A model generated the notes under the pieces. It made no database searches, was not told where the DNA came from, and was given only the letters and a program-made list of their open reading frames with translations. A stretch of 64,000 nucleotides of DNA from Malacoraja senta (lineage: Eukaryota), in NCBI GenBank assembly GCA_038087875.1, contig CM075978.1:161200001-161264000 (forward strand), in the 5' to 3' direction. Each line of letters opens with the position of its first letter. The stretch's first letter is position 1. Both the position numbers and the translations under genes were made by a program. Shown here piece after piece: positions 14,218-25,809 of the stretch.

Positions 14218-15545
14218 AAGAGTCACACAACATGAAAACAGTCATACAACCCTTTAATCCAACTCATCCATGCTGGCCATGATGCCACATCTAAGCTGGT
14301 CCCAAAGGTTTGATGTATATCCCTCTAAACCTTCCCTATCCAGGTAGTTGTCCAAATGTATTTTAAATATCGTTATTGCACATGCCTCAACTTCTTCCTC
14401 TGGCAGCTCTTTCCCTGAACCCACCTCAACTCAGTGTGAAAAATTGCCCCTCAGGTTTCTATTAAATCTTTCCTCTAGTTCGTGAATCCCTTGTCGGGAG
14501 AGGTTGAGTGGGCTGGGTCTCTATTCCTTGGAGCGCAGGAAGATGAATGGGTGATCTTATAGAGGTGTATAGAATCATGAGAGGAATAGATTGGGTCAAT
14601 GCACAGAGTCTCTTGCCCAGAGTAGGGGAAACGAGGACCAGAGGACATAGGTGAAGGGGAAAAGAATTAATAGGAATCTGAAGGGTAACCTTTTCACACA
14701 AAGGGTGGTGGGTGTATGCAACAAGCTGCCAGGGGAAGTAGTTGAGGCTGGGACTATCCCAACGTTTATGAAACAGTTAGACAAGTACATGGATAGGACA
14801 GGTTTGGAGGGATATGGACCAAGTGCAGGCAGGTGGGATTAATATAGCTGGAACATGTTGGCCAGTGTGGACAAGTTGGGCCGAAGGGCCTGTTTTCACA
14901 CTGTGACCTCACACCTATCTGCATTAAACTCCATTATCCATTTCTCAGCCCACTGGCCCAGCTGATCACTACTTGCAGGCATTCAGTCTGAGGAACAATC
15001 GTCCACCACACCACCACCCTCTGCTTCCTACCATGATGCCAAGTCTGTACCCACTTAGCTAGCTCTCCCTCGATCCCATGCGATCTGGCCTTCTAGACCA
15101 CCCTACCAGTCCTCGTCAACCTAAACAATCTCCCACATACAAAAATAATGCTGACTAGCCCGAATTAACCACTGTCTATCCAAATGCCTCAAAATCTTCT
15201 CCAGCATTTATCTTACCACAAATGTTAAGCTCACTAACCCATGGTTCACAGGTTGTCTTCTTAAATAGCACAGTATTAGCCACCCTCCAGACTTCTGGCA
15301 CTTCACCTATGTCTAATGATGATCATATATTTCAGCCATGACTCCTGCAATTTATTTTCTAACTTCCCAGAGTGTTCTTGGAAATATCTGATCAGGCCAC
15401 GGAGATTTGTCAACCTTCAAATGTCTTAGGATGTCCAGCACCTCTTCGACTGTAATTAGGACTGTCCTCAAAACACCTCCCAAGTTCCCTAGTCTTCATG
15501 TCTTTCTCCATGGAAAAAACAGAGGAGAAATATCCATTGAGGACG
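14218..15545 (-). mobile_element. Decayed minus-strand CR1 (3' end at 14218-14477, RT-region fragments at 14910-15545)
   Basis: Reverse-complement tail and the PEVWRVAN-type motif at 15256-15299. Interrupted by a plus-strand CR1. Confidence 0.75.
14495..14905 (+). mobile_element. CR1 3' fragment nested in an oppositely oriented CR1
   Basis: NLFTQRVVGVCNKLPGEVVEAGTI...GLEGYG and the tail GGGCCGAAGGGCCTGTTT. Confidence 0.88.
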
Positions 15546-15771
15546 TACTTTATACTACTACATATTTGCGTGCACAGTAAAACTCCTCACCCAATTTAAA
15601 TGTAAATTGGCACTGTTTTATAGATTCTTCACAAAAATTAAAAATGGAGTCTTATATGATAATTTATGGTATGTGGAGTGGTATCATACCAAGAATCTGC
15701 TATTATATGGTTTTAGAGCACACAGATTATTCATGAGTACCATTTACCTTCATACAAATGTAGTAATTTTT

Positions 15772-16603
15772 GGACATCCGGTGGCGCTGTTGCTAGCTGC
15801 CTCCGCCCATGGTCTGGCTGTCTTTTTTTATTTTGTTATGTTTAGAGTGTGCTTTTTAAGCTTTTTCATTTTTTTCCGGTATTTTATGTGGGGGAAGAGT
15901 GTAGGGTAAGGGGGAAACCGTCCTTCAGTCGCTTCCTGACGAGCATGCGGCTATTATCCAAGTCGCGTCCTCGCCCCCCCCCCTCGCGGCCTACCAGCTG
16001 GATTGGCGCGGCCTTTCCTGCCGGGACTGGACCAGAGCTTCAGCAGCGGCGGCAAGGTGCTGGAAACATCGAGGAGCGGGCGAGGCCTTCCTGGGATCGT
16101 GGCTTGGAGCTCCGGAGTGCTGGGCCACTGCTCCAACATCGCGGAGCTGTGGGTGCGGAGCCAGAAGTCTGGAGGGTGGCTAATACTGTGCTTCTATTTA
16201 AGAAGAAAACATCGCGGAGTCCTGGGCCCCTTTGCCGGGGGTCGCCAGCGCGAATCTCCGCCCAGCGCGGCCTGTGGACATCGGGAGCCGCGGACTCCGG
16301 TGGAAGGTGGCCGACGAGAGGTTCCCGGCGAGAGGGCCTGAACATCGGGCCGCCCGTAGCGGCGACTATGGGGTGCTCGGGAGGCCCCGACCATGGGTGA
16401 ACATTGGGGAACATCGGCGAGGACTTTCGTTCCTTCCCTCACAGTGGGGAACTTTGGTGCTTGGATTACTGGTTTCTGTGTTGGACTACTGTGTTCTGTG
16501 TTTTGTGTTTTTTTTTGTTTTTTTGCATGACTGTAAGGGAAAAAGAATTTTGTTGTCTCTTCATTGAAGACAATGACAATAAATTAAATCAAATCAAATC
16601 AAA
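15772..16603 (+). mobile_element. GC/CpG-rich non-autonomous retroelement with a Rex1/Babar-like 3' end
   Basis: Sharp GC island starting GGACATCCGGTGGCG and ending GACAATGACAATAAATT(AAATC)n. No coherent protein in the overlapping ORFs. Confidence 0.6.
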
Positions 16604-18202
16604 TAAATGTGGAACTTTTGCACTCAAAAGGGCTAGAAATTGTAAGTGGGCAACAAATTGAATAGAATACAGCAATCTATGTGAAGATACCAAAATGTCG
16701 TTTTTTTGTGGCTAATTTTATGAAAAATAAAAATTAACATTTAAAAAGATCATTCAGTTTTATAATTTTAACTAATCTTTAAATGCCCTAAAACTTCATA
16801 AATAATTCCATTAAAGTAATGCATCATTTTAATGTTCATTTTATGGTCTAGTAATGCAATTTTCACATAAAAGAATTACTGTGCAATCACAATGCATTTT
16901 GTATGAAAAACTAGTTATTATGGAAATTGTTTTATCAAAGAATACATTTTTGGTTAACAAAATGAGGCCAGACACAAGTGGAAATGTAATGGAAGCGTGG
17001 TGTTGAAGTAGGCAGCCATATTACTGGGAATGCCAGGCTCATACTTTAGACCAATTTCAAATAAATTATTTTATAAATTGGTTATCAATATTAACGGAAG
17101 GTGCCTTTACGCAAAATCCCAAATTCCTTCCAGAATGTTCTTTTGATTTGTCGCCATTCATTTTGAACACAGATTTCGTTTCACAAACACTATTTTAAAT
17201 TGCATTGACCATGCAGTTAAGAGACTTGTTAAAAACTTCAAATTCTCTGCTGACATTTCAAACAATAACTGTTTAACTGTTTCATAAACAGATGATCATT
17301 TTAAACAATGCAATAATTTTCTGACATCATTGTGTCTGTGATGATTATGTTATAATTTAACCAAAAAGTCTCTCTTGGTCACCATCATGTCTCACAAAGC
17401 AGAATGATGCATCAGGTTGTAAGCAGTTATCACATACAATTCTGTTTGCCTTTATCACTGGACACTTTGGCATCCAATTGTGTTCCTAAGTCCAATTTTA
17501 CTTGTCAGGAAAATAAGGACATTCTTAGGGGATTTAAATATCTTTGCTCCCAATACTTCATTACGAATAATACCCTGAAATAATTGTCTCAAGTTAAGGT
17601 ACAGTTCTAACAGGACTGCAGTTTGCATGTCCATGACTTCCCAGACCAAATCTCATGTTAGATCTGTAATTCATAACTCATTCTACATCATACAAAGAAC
17701 TAAATAACAGCTTAATAGTGAAATGGTACTTGTCATCCAACAGGTGACATCTACAGATTATGAAAACTTTGACAAAATGACAAGACTGATTGCATTGAGC
17801 ACCCTGGAAGCCAAAGAGTTTCAAATGCAGGTTATTTCAACTTCTCAAGTGTAGACCTGCATTATTTCATTCAAGTGCACATACACTTAAGACTGTTTGT
17901 GCCTCAACTTATCAGGCATACGTTTAGAATCCCCACTGAAACATTGGATCAAATTAAGTCTGTGCAAAGCAAATGTTCATCATTTTGGTGGGCTGTTGAT
18001 CTTACCTTTTGTTTAACCTCTTTCAGCTTTGCTTTGAAGTTTTACTTATAGAGAATGCAAAATAAGCTACAAAAATTGGCTGTCATTGAAGCTGTTAAAA
18101 TATATTGACATCATTTGGAATTGTGTAGCTAGTCCTTGTGAAATGCCCTCAAAAATCTCTTCCTATAGGTGGTTGGGAAACACCTATGTACTATTGCTCT
18201 AC

Positions 18203-18310
18203 CTGTTTCTTTGCTGGGTTCCTTCTCGCTTCCACTGTCTTTGTCTTTGGTAGAATCTTCTGCTTCCTGCATGGGCTCATTAAGCCCTTCCACATCTTCG
18301 TTGGTTTCTT
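18203..18310 (-). CDS. zfhx3: Internal coding exon (108 nt, phase 1-1) of zinc finger homeobox 3 (ATBF1); acidic linker between zinc-finger clusters
   Basis: Minus strand has a strong acceptor (TTCTTCATTAACCTTTTTTCCTCCTTCCTCAG|AAG) and a donor AG|GTAGAG. The purine-rich open exon encodes (E)ETNEDVEGLNEPMQEAEDSTKDKDSGSEKEPSKET(G), which aligns from memory with mammalian ZFHX3 [24 protein letters not shown](GSGSEEGQSKR). I did not find the flanking zinc-finger exons in the window, consistent with very long introns around this exon. Confidence 0.78.
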
Positions 18311-20263
18311 CTGAGGAAGGAGGAAAAAAGGTTAATGAAGAATGTGCTTCTGACGGGAGCAAAGAGTGAGACAATCGCAATATTTGATGTCAAACATTTT
18401 CCAATTAAACTTATGGACTCAAAACATCGCTGGGAGGAATGCAAGGAGAACGTAACTGGCTCGTATCCAAAGTAGTTAACTTCACAATGCATCGTTTTCA
18501 TTTAGTATTTAATACTGGGATATACTGGGAGAGTCACATTTAAGACTACTTTAGAAAGATAATCTATGTTCAGAAGGACATGATTTAAAATATGCCCAAA
18601 CATTGCCGAATACGACAAGATTTTCAATTTGTTCATCAGGACACAATTGTTAGGTAGTCTGCTCGTTTCCATGTTTGACCTATAGGTGTCAGTCTAAGCA
18701 AGCAGACGTTGAAAGTCAACCTGTTCCCGAGCCAACCCCCTCCACCCCCACTAACCTGTGCACATGGTAATAATATACCTCACCATGGTGTCTGGATACC
18801 AGGCATGATACAATAAAAACAAACTGATTTAAAAAGAGAATCTTATAATGCTTTCTGCATGCACCATTTTGGACCACATCAATTAATCATATTAAAATCT
18901 CGGTACAAGTGTAGGATTCCAAGAGGCAGTCCCTGTGGCGACTTGGATATCTGCCTCCTGATGGAATCCATCATATGAAAAGATATTTTACCACCTCTTA
19001 TCCTGCTGTGCTACATTGATTTTTAATAAGACTTTTACTGATGTAATGTACATTGTGGCAGGTTTTTTTTTAATTTCGAATTTTTAAACCCAGGACCTTT
19101 TCTACAAAAAAAATAAAGATCAAAGGATGCAAAAAAATAAATCAGGTTTGCAGAGAAAGCTAAGGTACCTCACATACCAATACCATCAAAAGCTAATACT
19201 GTATGAAGTAACTCAGGAAGGGCAAAGGTCGGTTGGCATCCGCATTTCATCTTTCGCTCATGCCTGTAAAATATCTCAGCTTTAGCCACAAAACGGGATA
19301 TTATTCCTGGAGGCCTGAGTTCCCGTCAGTCAGTTCAGTTTCATTACACTGTGACAAGATCTAAGATCTCTTTGCGAAGAAAAAAAACCAAGCCACTTTT
19401 TCATTAAAAAAAGGCGTTTCCCCACTTGTGGGTATTAACTGCCTCTTAATTGCAATCTTCGAAGGAAGGGTAATCTACTAATTTTTTATTTTTTTTAAGG
19501 ATTTTTTTTTAAATATAAAAAAAAAGAAATTGCTTTGTGGTTATTGAAGTGACAATCCTTGCGCCTTTTTATTGTAATAAAATGAGAAACGACATGCACT
19601 GCTGGCTGGAGTGCGCTCAGAGACAATGAGCGCTGGCTTCCATGCTGTGATTCTTTCATGCATAGTCCAGGGTTTTTTTTGATCTTGTGCACCTCTCCAT
19701 CTCTACACATCTCTCTACTGCTGTAACACATCTACATCTCCTTGCAAAGATTGTGCTTCTACCATCCGAGTCACCTTTCTCTTTTAAAAATAATCCTGCA
19801 TTAACTCAAAAACAGTGATCTGCTGCCCTGGGCCTAGTAAATAGGACCATAAAAAGCAGGAAGGTTACTTTAAACAAAACAACCACAGTCCGTTAAGGTA
19901 TCAAGCAGAAAGATTGTACCCACAGGTCTGGACTCTTTTACTTGCTGGTGCATCTTTCTCAATAGTTCCTGGTACATGTTTCAGTTCAAAATAAGAATCC
20001 CAGACATGCCTCTCCTTACATCATTACTAAGTCTGACCTTAGACTGACCTCTGGAGCTGTTAGACTAATCTAAATGTGAATGAGCACTTTGTGCCAATGC
20101 TGTGAAGGGGCCGAATCCTGCAAACAGCAAAACTTTACACATCAACTTAATCACAAACAGCAGTGACTGGGGGCCCCAGAACAATGACAATCCTCCACTT
20201 CCCAAAGAATGAACAGTTTCGTCAATGCTTTAATGTAAGTCCTTATTAAGGACAATATGCAAA

Positions 20264-20293
20264 GTCAGGTCAGGTCAGGTCAGGTCAGGTTAG
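20264..20293 (+). repeat. (GTCAG)5 pentamer repeat
   Basis: GTCAGGTCAGGTCAGGTCAGGTCAGGTTAG is read directly. Confidence 0.95.
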
Positions 20294-20530
20294 CTGATTG
20301 AGATTTTTGCTCATTAAGTTCCCCAGCTGTTCGGTGAGAAAAGAAAGTAAGTATTCTTGAGGTTCCTTGGCATAACTTTTGAAGAACTTAACAGCAGCTG
20401 CAACAACCCCATCAGAGATAATGTAACCTGTGTAAACATGATCAGATTGTTTTGTCAAAGGAGCCATACGGTGACTGGATGGCCTAAAATTGTCCCAATT
20501 AAAACTATTTGGCATCGCGTTCTCTCACCA

Positions 20531-20574
20531 ACACACACACACACACACACACACTCTCTCTCTCTCTCACACAC
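20531..20574 (+). repeat. Compound (AC)n(TC)n microsatellite
   Basis: Read directly. Confidence 0.95.
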
Positions 20575-21510
20575 TCGCCCTTTCCCTCTCTGCAGGTATT
20601 TCACAGTGCAGCTTTTGATTGCCTCTTCCATCAGTTTTATGTACGTACTATCAGGTCTGCAGAGCACTGCTAGCCAGAGACACGCAGGCCTTACATTACA
20701 CAAATGGGGAGTGTTGGGGGGGAGAGAAGTAGGGGTGAAGTTCTGGCTCTGTGGTCTGAGAAGTACATCACGTGAGGGAGGTCAGGTATGGGGGGGGGGG
20801 GGGGGGGGAGTGGGTAGTGTCCTTTACGAAGGATTACATTACTGGGGCAAGTGAGCAGGGAGTTACTGCACAGATACAAGAACGGTTTACACAAGACGTT
20901 CTCTGTAAATTAAATGTAGGTACGAGGACATTATATGGATTCACAGCTCCTCTTCTGAGAATCTCAATGGGTTAAAAGGGATAGATCAATAGAACTACAT
21001 GTGATTACATTTGAAGTTTCTTTTGATCTGGGAATCAGACCCGATTAAACTAAAATATGAATTTAGGCCCGAGATGGAACAAGTCAGCTTGAAACGGGCT
21101 GGGCCTCAAAGATTTAAAACACCAATAGTGTGGTCGCAGCTCTGCCACGCACCAGGATCCAACTTGAGGATGACTTTAGTGATGGTGCAGTTATAATCTC
21201 ACCTGATTTCAATCTCACGCAACAATTAATAAGAGTTTCATTCTGCAATAGACGCTGCATTTCATAAACCTGCTAATTCATTACAGCTCACCATTCTGTC
21301 CTTCAGCACAAACCTGTTACCTTCATTGCCCCGTTTCCCCAACTTTGATCACCAAATATTTATCAAATTCCCTTTGAAAGCTACAACTGAATCTGTATCC
21401 ACCACAGGGGCTGTGCAAATAACTTTTTCCTTGCATCACCCCTGGATCTTTGGCAATCAAAGTACATGTGTCTTTGATCCCTCCACTGATGGGAATAGCT
21501 TACATCTACA

Positions 21511-21700
21511 GGGCCTGTCCCACTTGGGCGTCATTTGCGCGTCACGCAGATGGCGCGCGAAGATTTTGTACATCCCAAAATCCTGGGGCGCCGCGCGCGA
21601 CCGCGTGTCACTGCCTACATCACCACACACCACGTGTGTCGTGACGCGTAAATGATGTCGCATAAATGATGCGCAAATGACGCCCAAGTGGGACAAGCCC
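21511..21700. mobile_element. MITE, probably PIF/Harbinger-like
   Basis: About 30-bp TIRs GGGCCTGTCCCACTTGGGCGTCATTTGCGC / GCGCAAATGACGCCCAAGTGGGACAAGCCC; CpG-rich. The TSD is not clean. Confidence 0.8.
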
Positions 21701-22759
21701 TTGCCCTTTTAAAACAGTCACGATTTTATGCATCACTGTCCGTTCTGCTCACAGTCCCAAGTGCTGTGGGGTTTTCATTATAACTGAAACCTTTCATTAC
21801 CGGACAAATGGCTTTGCGCAAGAGATGCACTCCAGGACTTGCAGGGTGTGGGGGTTGGGGGGGGGGGGGATTTTTGGGGTGCTCTGTAAACAAACACCAT
21901 TGCGTGGTAGGATTCAGAGAACATGCTCCCCAAGTTCAGCTGAATCGTACGAGGAAGATGCCAAGCAAGTGGAGGGTATGTAGTGTCACAGTCACAGCAG
22001 TACTTTGCCGCACTAGTGTTATTGATCTGGTCTGTATTGGGAAATGTCCAACATCAAATCGGCTGTCGACCAGCTCAGTTACTTACTATCTCGGCTGGAG
22101 TCCAGGGTAACAAGAAAATATTCATCACTTTGAAAAGATAAAATTAATACTGCCTGGTAACTACTCACACCTCAGTACATCAGTGACTTTATAAAAGAAC
22201 AATGAAAGGCAAGTGAACATGTGTTGAAAAGCTGCAGTTTAAAAGCAAATAGTTATGGAGCACAACTTGCAAACTCAAAACAGCAAATGAATTTCCAAGT
22301 GAGTGTTCCGTGTCTCTGAGCTTAGTATACACCATGGACACCTCTGCACTGAGGTGTACACAAATCCACCCTGTGTTAACGCCGAGCTCAAGGTTTAATT
22401 GCACCTTGACCACATGAAAGCAATGGAATAGATGGTGTCATTTCAAACAGTCGGTTCAAAAGTCTTCTTGACATTGGAGAGGGTGAGACATCAACTTTTC
22501 ATCTCTGCAACCATGTTCAAATCCAGCCCAGGTGAATGGAATGCAAGTCTCCCGACTGCAAAAGCAGTACGCTAAAGGAACATGGGCAAGTGTGTACACA
22601 TGGGGATTACATATTGTTTAGTTAATGCTCCACGATTCTTAATGTTGATAGAGTGAAGTACTAAATATATTAAAGCAGAAGGCAAAAGCAAAAAAAAAAA
22701 AAAATGCTCCAAAAACATTTCCTCTCTGTGAGTGGCAATATATATTGGAGGGCCATTTG

Positions 22760-22920
22760 GCCCATTGAGTCTATGTCAAAACATTCCCATTTAGTTTAAT
22801 TTTCATCCTTTGGAATATGGGAGGAAACCTGAGGTTGGGAGAGGGGAGCCATGTGCAAACTCCACACACACACAGCACCCAAGGTCAAGTTCGAGACTGG
22901 GTCACTGAGGCAGTGGGGCA
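22760..22920 (-). mobile_element. Degraded HE1-type SINE
   Basis: TGCAAACTCCACACA is the reverse V-domain, and GGCCCATTGAGTC is the reverse tail. Confidence 0.6.
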
Positions 22921-22944
22921 TGACTTGGTCATGACATTTACTTT

Positions 22945-23094
22945 GTACTAATCGCTATTCCCTTATCATGTAACTGTACACTGCGAATGGATCGATTGTA
23001 ATCATGTATTGTCTTTCCGCTGGCTGGTTAGCACGCAACAAAACCTTTTCACTGTACCTTGGTACATGTGGCAATAAACTAAACTGAACTGAAC
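22945..23094 (+). mobile_element. Rex1/Babar-type 3' tail
   Basis: TTTTCACTGTACCTTGGTACATGTGGCAATAAACTAAACTGAAC. Related tails occur near 31090-31230, 44115-44265 and 52540-52640. Confidence 0.6.
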
Positions 23095-23306
23095 ATGGTC
23101 GAACAGCAGGAGAGCAGCAGGAATCGCAGAGGAGGATCAATGAGAGAGGGTCTCACAGAACTACCATCGGAGAGTGGAGAACTTCTTCAAAGTAGGCATA
23201 CCTTGAGTAGATTTTGCAATAGAGCAGTAAAATGTGGATGCAAGGAACTGCAGATGCTGGCTTACTGAAAAAGACACAAGGTGTTGGAGTAACTCAACAG
23301 GTCAGG
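23095..23306 (-). mobile_element. Penelope-like fragment (pLTR end and adjoining sequence)
   Basis: CAAGGAACTGCAGATGCTGG...GGAGTAACTCA is shared with the other Penelope copies in the window. Confidence 0.6.
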
Positions 23307-25423
23307 TATTGGTTGTGGTGAATGGAATTAGAGTGAATGGGATGTTGAACCCTGGTATGCTTCAGCACTACGTGTTCAGTACGTGGACAAATGAGACCAT
23401 GTTCAAACACATAAAGAAAACTGGGAAAATAACGGTGAGTTTACTGCAGATGTTGATGTTAACATGTCAGTCATTCGGCAATTTGAGGCAAGGTTGAGAC
23501 TTTGCTTGTGAACAGTCCCAGTTGGAACCACTGCACCGTCAATCTTTGACCATCACTCGTTGAGGAGATAAATGTTTGGTCCCATAGCTCACCAAGATGG
23601 TGGAGACTGCCTGGTCAGCTTCACGCCATCATTATCATTATCAGAAGCTTCATCATGTTCCCAACAATTGCTGCTAAAGAATATTCAAAACGAAGGGAAA
23701 GATAAAAAAAAACGATTATGTTGTGAGATTCTGAGCAACTATTGCCGATTTGTTCATTTGGAAAGATGGATTTAAAAAGGTGAATGGTCCAGGACAGCTT
23801 GTGTTTGTTTGTTTGAGTGCATGCATTACAATTAAAACTGGTTTGTGGTGGACTGCATCTACAGGGGATGACGTATTAACAAAGGGATCTGACAGTTTCA
23901 GGTTGGTGATTTTTATTCCAAATAAAAAATCAATACGTTTTCTGGGTTATACATATTCAGAGTGGGCTGATATCTCCATCATAATGGCAAATAGGTGTCC
24001 TGTTACTGCTTCTCTTGCCATATCTGTACCATTGCATTTTCCAATCCACTGGCAAATATTTAAACATGATTTGATTGCAGCTCATGACAATGTTAATGTC
24101 CTTGGCCCAAAGTACATTTCAAGTAGCTGAGCGATGCCAGCCTTTGGATAGTGTTTCATGCTCATTGTGTCGAAAATAGCCTGCAGGAAGAGATATGAAA
24201 TATCTGCCTCACAGGACTAAATGAAAAAAAACTATCAACTTTGTGTATTGTATTTATGTGGCTGCAATATGCACCCTAGCCATTTAGTCAGTATCACAGT
24301 GACAGGTTTTCTTCAAAGGCTTTCTGTTGTTTGTAAACCATAAGGCTATGTTGCATGTGATGTGCAAGCCAGCTGCCTCACATCTTGGTACCTGTTTCCT
24401 GTGGTAGGATACAGCTCACACACAATTGCCATTCAAAATGAACATTCACATTGTCTTTCAATAATAATCCGATCAGAACGCCTTCCAGGAAAATTGCAGC
24501 AGGGCTCTTACATAATTGAATCTTTTGAAGAAGAATCAAGGTATCCCTGTTTTTATTACTCCATTGTTCTCCTTTTATGCAACGCCACACAATCTGCAGT
24601 GCATCCTCTTTCTGGTGTTGTGAGTGAGGACCCAGGTGATTCCTCGTTCTACCTTGGTGGGCCAAAGGGCCTGTTTCTGCTCTGTATCTCTAAACTGTAA
24701 AATTGCCTCTCACCATGAGGGAGTTTTGATAAAATTTCACAAAACACACTTACGCTCTTGTTTATGTCCATCGAGATTTCTTCATATGTGTGATTAAGTC
24801 ACTTGAAAATGATCCAACTCAGAGGAAAAGGAAACTACTGTGAAAAGTGTACTTTGTGAATCGAGGGTCAAAGGATTCGTCTTATTGCTGAAATAAGTCA
24901 CTTAGATATTGGGGGTGAAAAGAAAAAGGGAAAAGGTGATTGTCAACAATTTGATTGTGTATCTGGATGGGCTACTTTGGTCAATAGATTATAAACACTT
25001 GTCTCCTTCTCCCTGCAGCTTCTCACATTGCCAGCCTGAACACTTCCTTTAAGTAACCTCCACAATAAGGCTCTAATTTCAACATTTGATACGAGAGTGA
25101 CCCAAGATGCAATAAACAAATCAGAAAATAGGCTTAAATATTTTTTTTAAATTTTACTTTGTAATTTTAATACAATTTTGAGGTGAAGGAGAGTAGGCCT
25201 GAGGAACACAACTGATGTGGCAGTTTCAAGAGCTTCCAGTGAACCATAATGTGGCAGAGATTGTATCCCTGCTACATTACTTCTATGGCAGGTTGGGCCT
25301 GAGTAATAACTTCCTTCCACATGCCACACTGCTTGTGGCCTGCGAGAGACTGGATTTTCAGTGCTGGTTTAGGTACGGGTTTGTACTTGGGCCTGTTTGC
25401 ACTGAAACTGATCAATTTTGTTT

Positions 25424-25809
25424 GTGAGGCTTAGCGCAAATTGGAGGAACAACATCTCATATTTTGCTTTGGCAACTTACAGCCTAGTGATATGAATATT
25501 GATTTCTCTAACTTCAAGTAACCCCAGCATTCCCTCTCTCTCTATCCTTCCCCCACCCCAGTCGCACCAGGTTCTTGTTTTCACCCATCAAACAGCTAAC
25601 AATGGCCCGTTTCCTTTATCATCGTTACTTTTTTGCATATCTGTCATTCATTATTCTATATTTCTCTACATCATCGTTTATATTTCTTGTTTACCTTTTC
25701 CCTAACTAGTCTGAAGAAGTGTCTCGACCCGAAACATCACCCATTCCTTCTCTCTAGAGATGCTGCCTGTCCCGCTGAGTTACTCCAGCTTTTTGTGTCT
25801 ATCTTCGAT
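25424..25809 (+). mobile_element. Penelope-like element 3' fragment: GIY-YIG C-terminus plus pLTR hammerhead motif
   Basis: RKLEEQHLIFCFGNLQPSDMNIDFSNFK* (stop at 25519-25521), then CTGAAGAAGTGTCTCGACCCGAAACATC at 25711-25738. Confidence 0.88.

Noticed and set aside
15849-16661. Cluster of long overlapping ORFs (up to 183 aa)
   Set aside because: A by-product of high GC in a retroelement. There is no domain signal apart from the captured CR1 snippet.
18001-18060. Strong minus-strand donor AAG|GTAAG at 18005 as another coding exon
   Set aside because: There is no convincing acceptor, stops lie close upstream, and extending the zfhx3 exon to this donor crosses a stop at 18129-18131.
18129-18380. 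83-aa ORF as a standalone gene
   Set aside because: Only the splice-bounded 18203-18310 portion resembles ZFHX3; the rest is intron read-through.
22040-22570. Possible ancient SINE remnants (also near 300-360 and 50480-50580)
   Set aside because: Too degraded to classify without a profile search.
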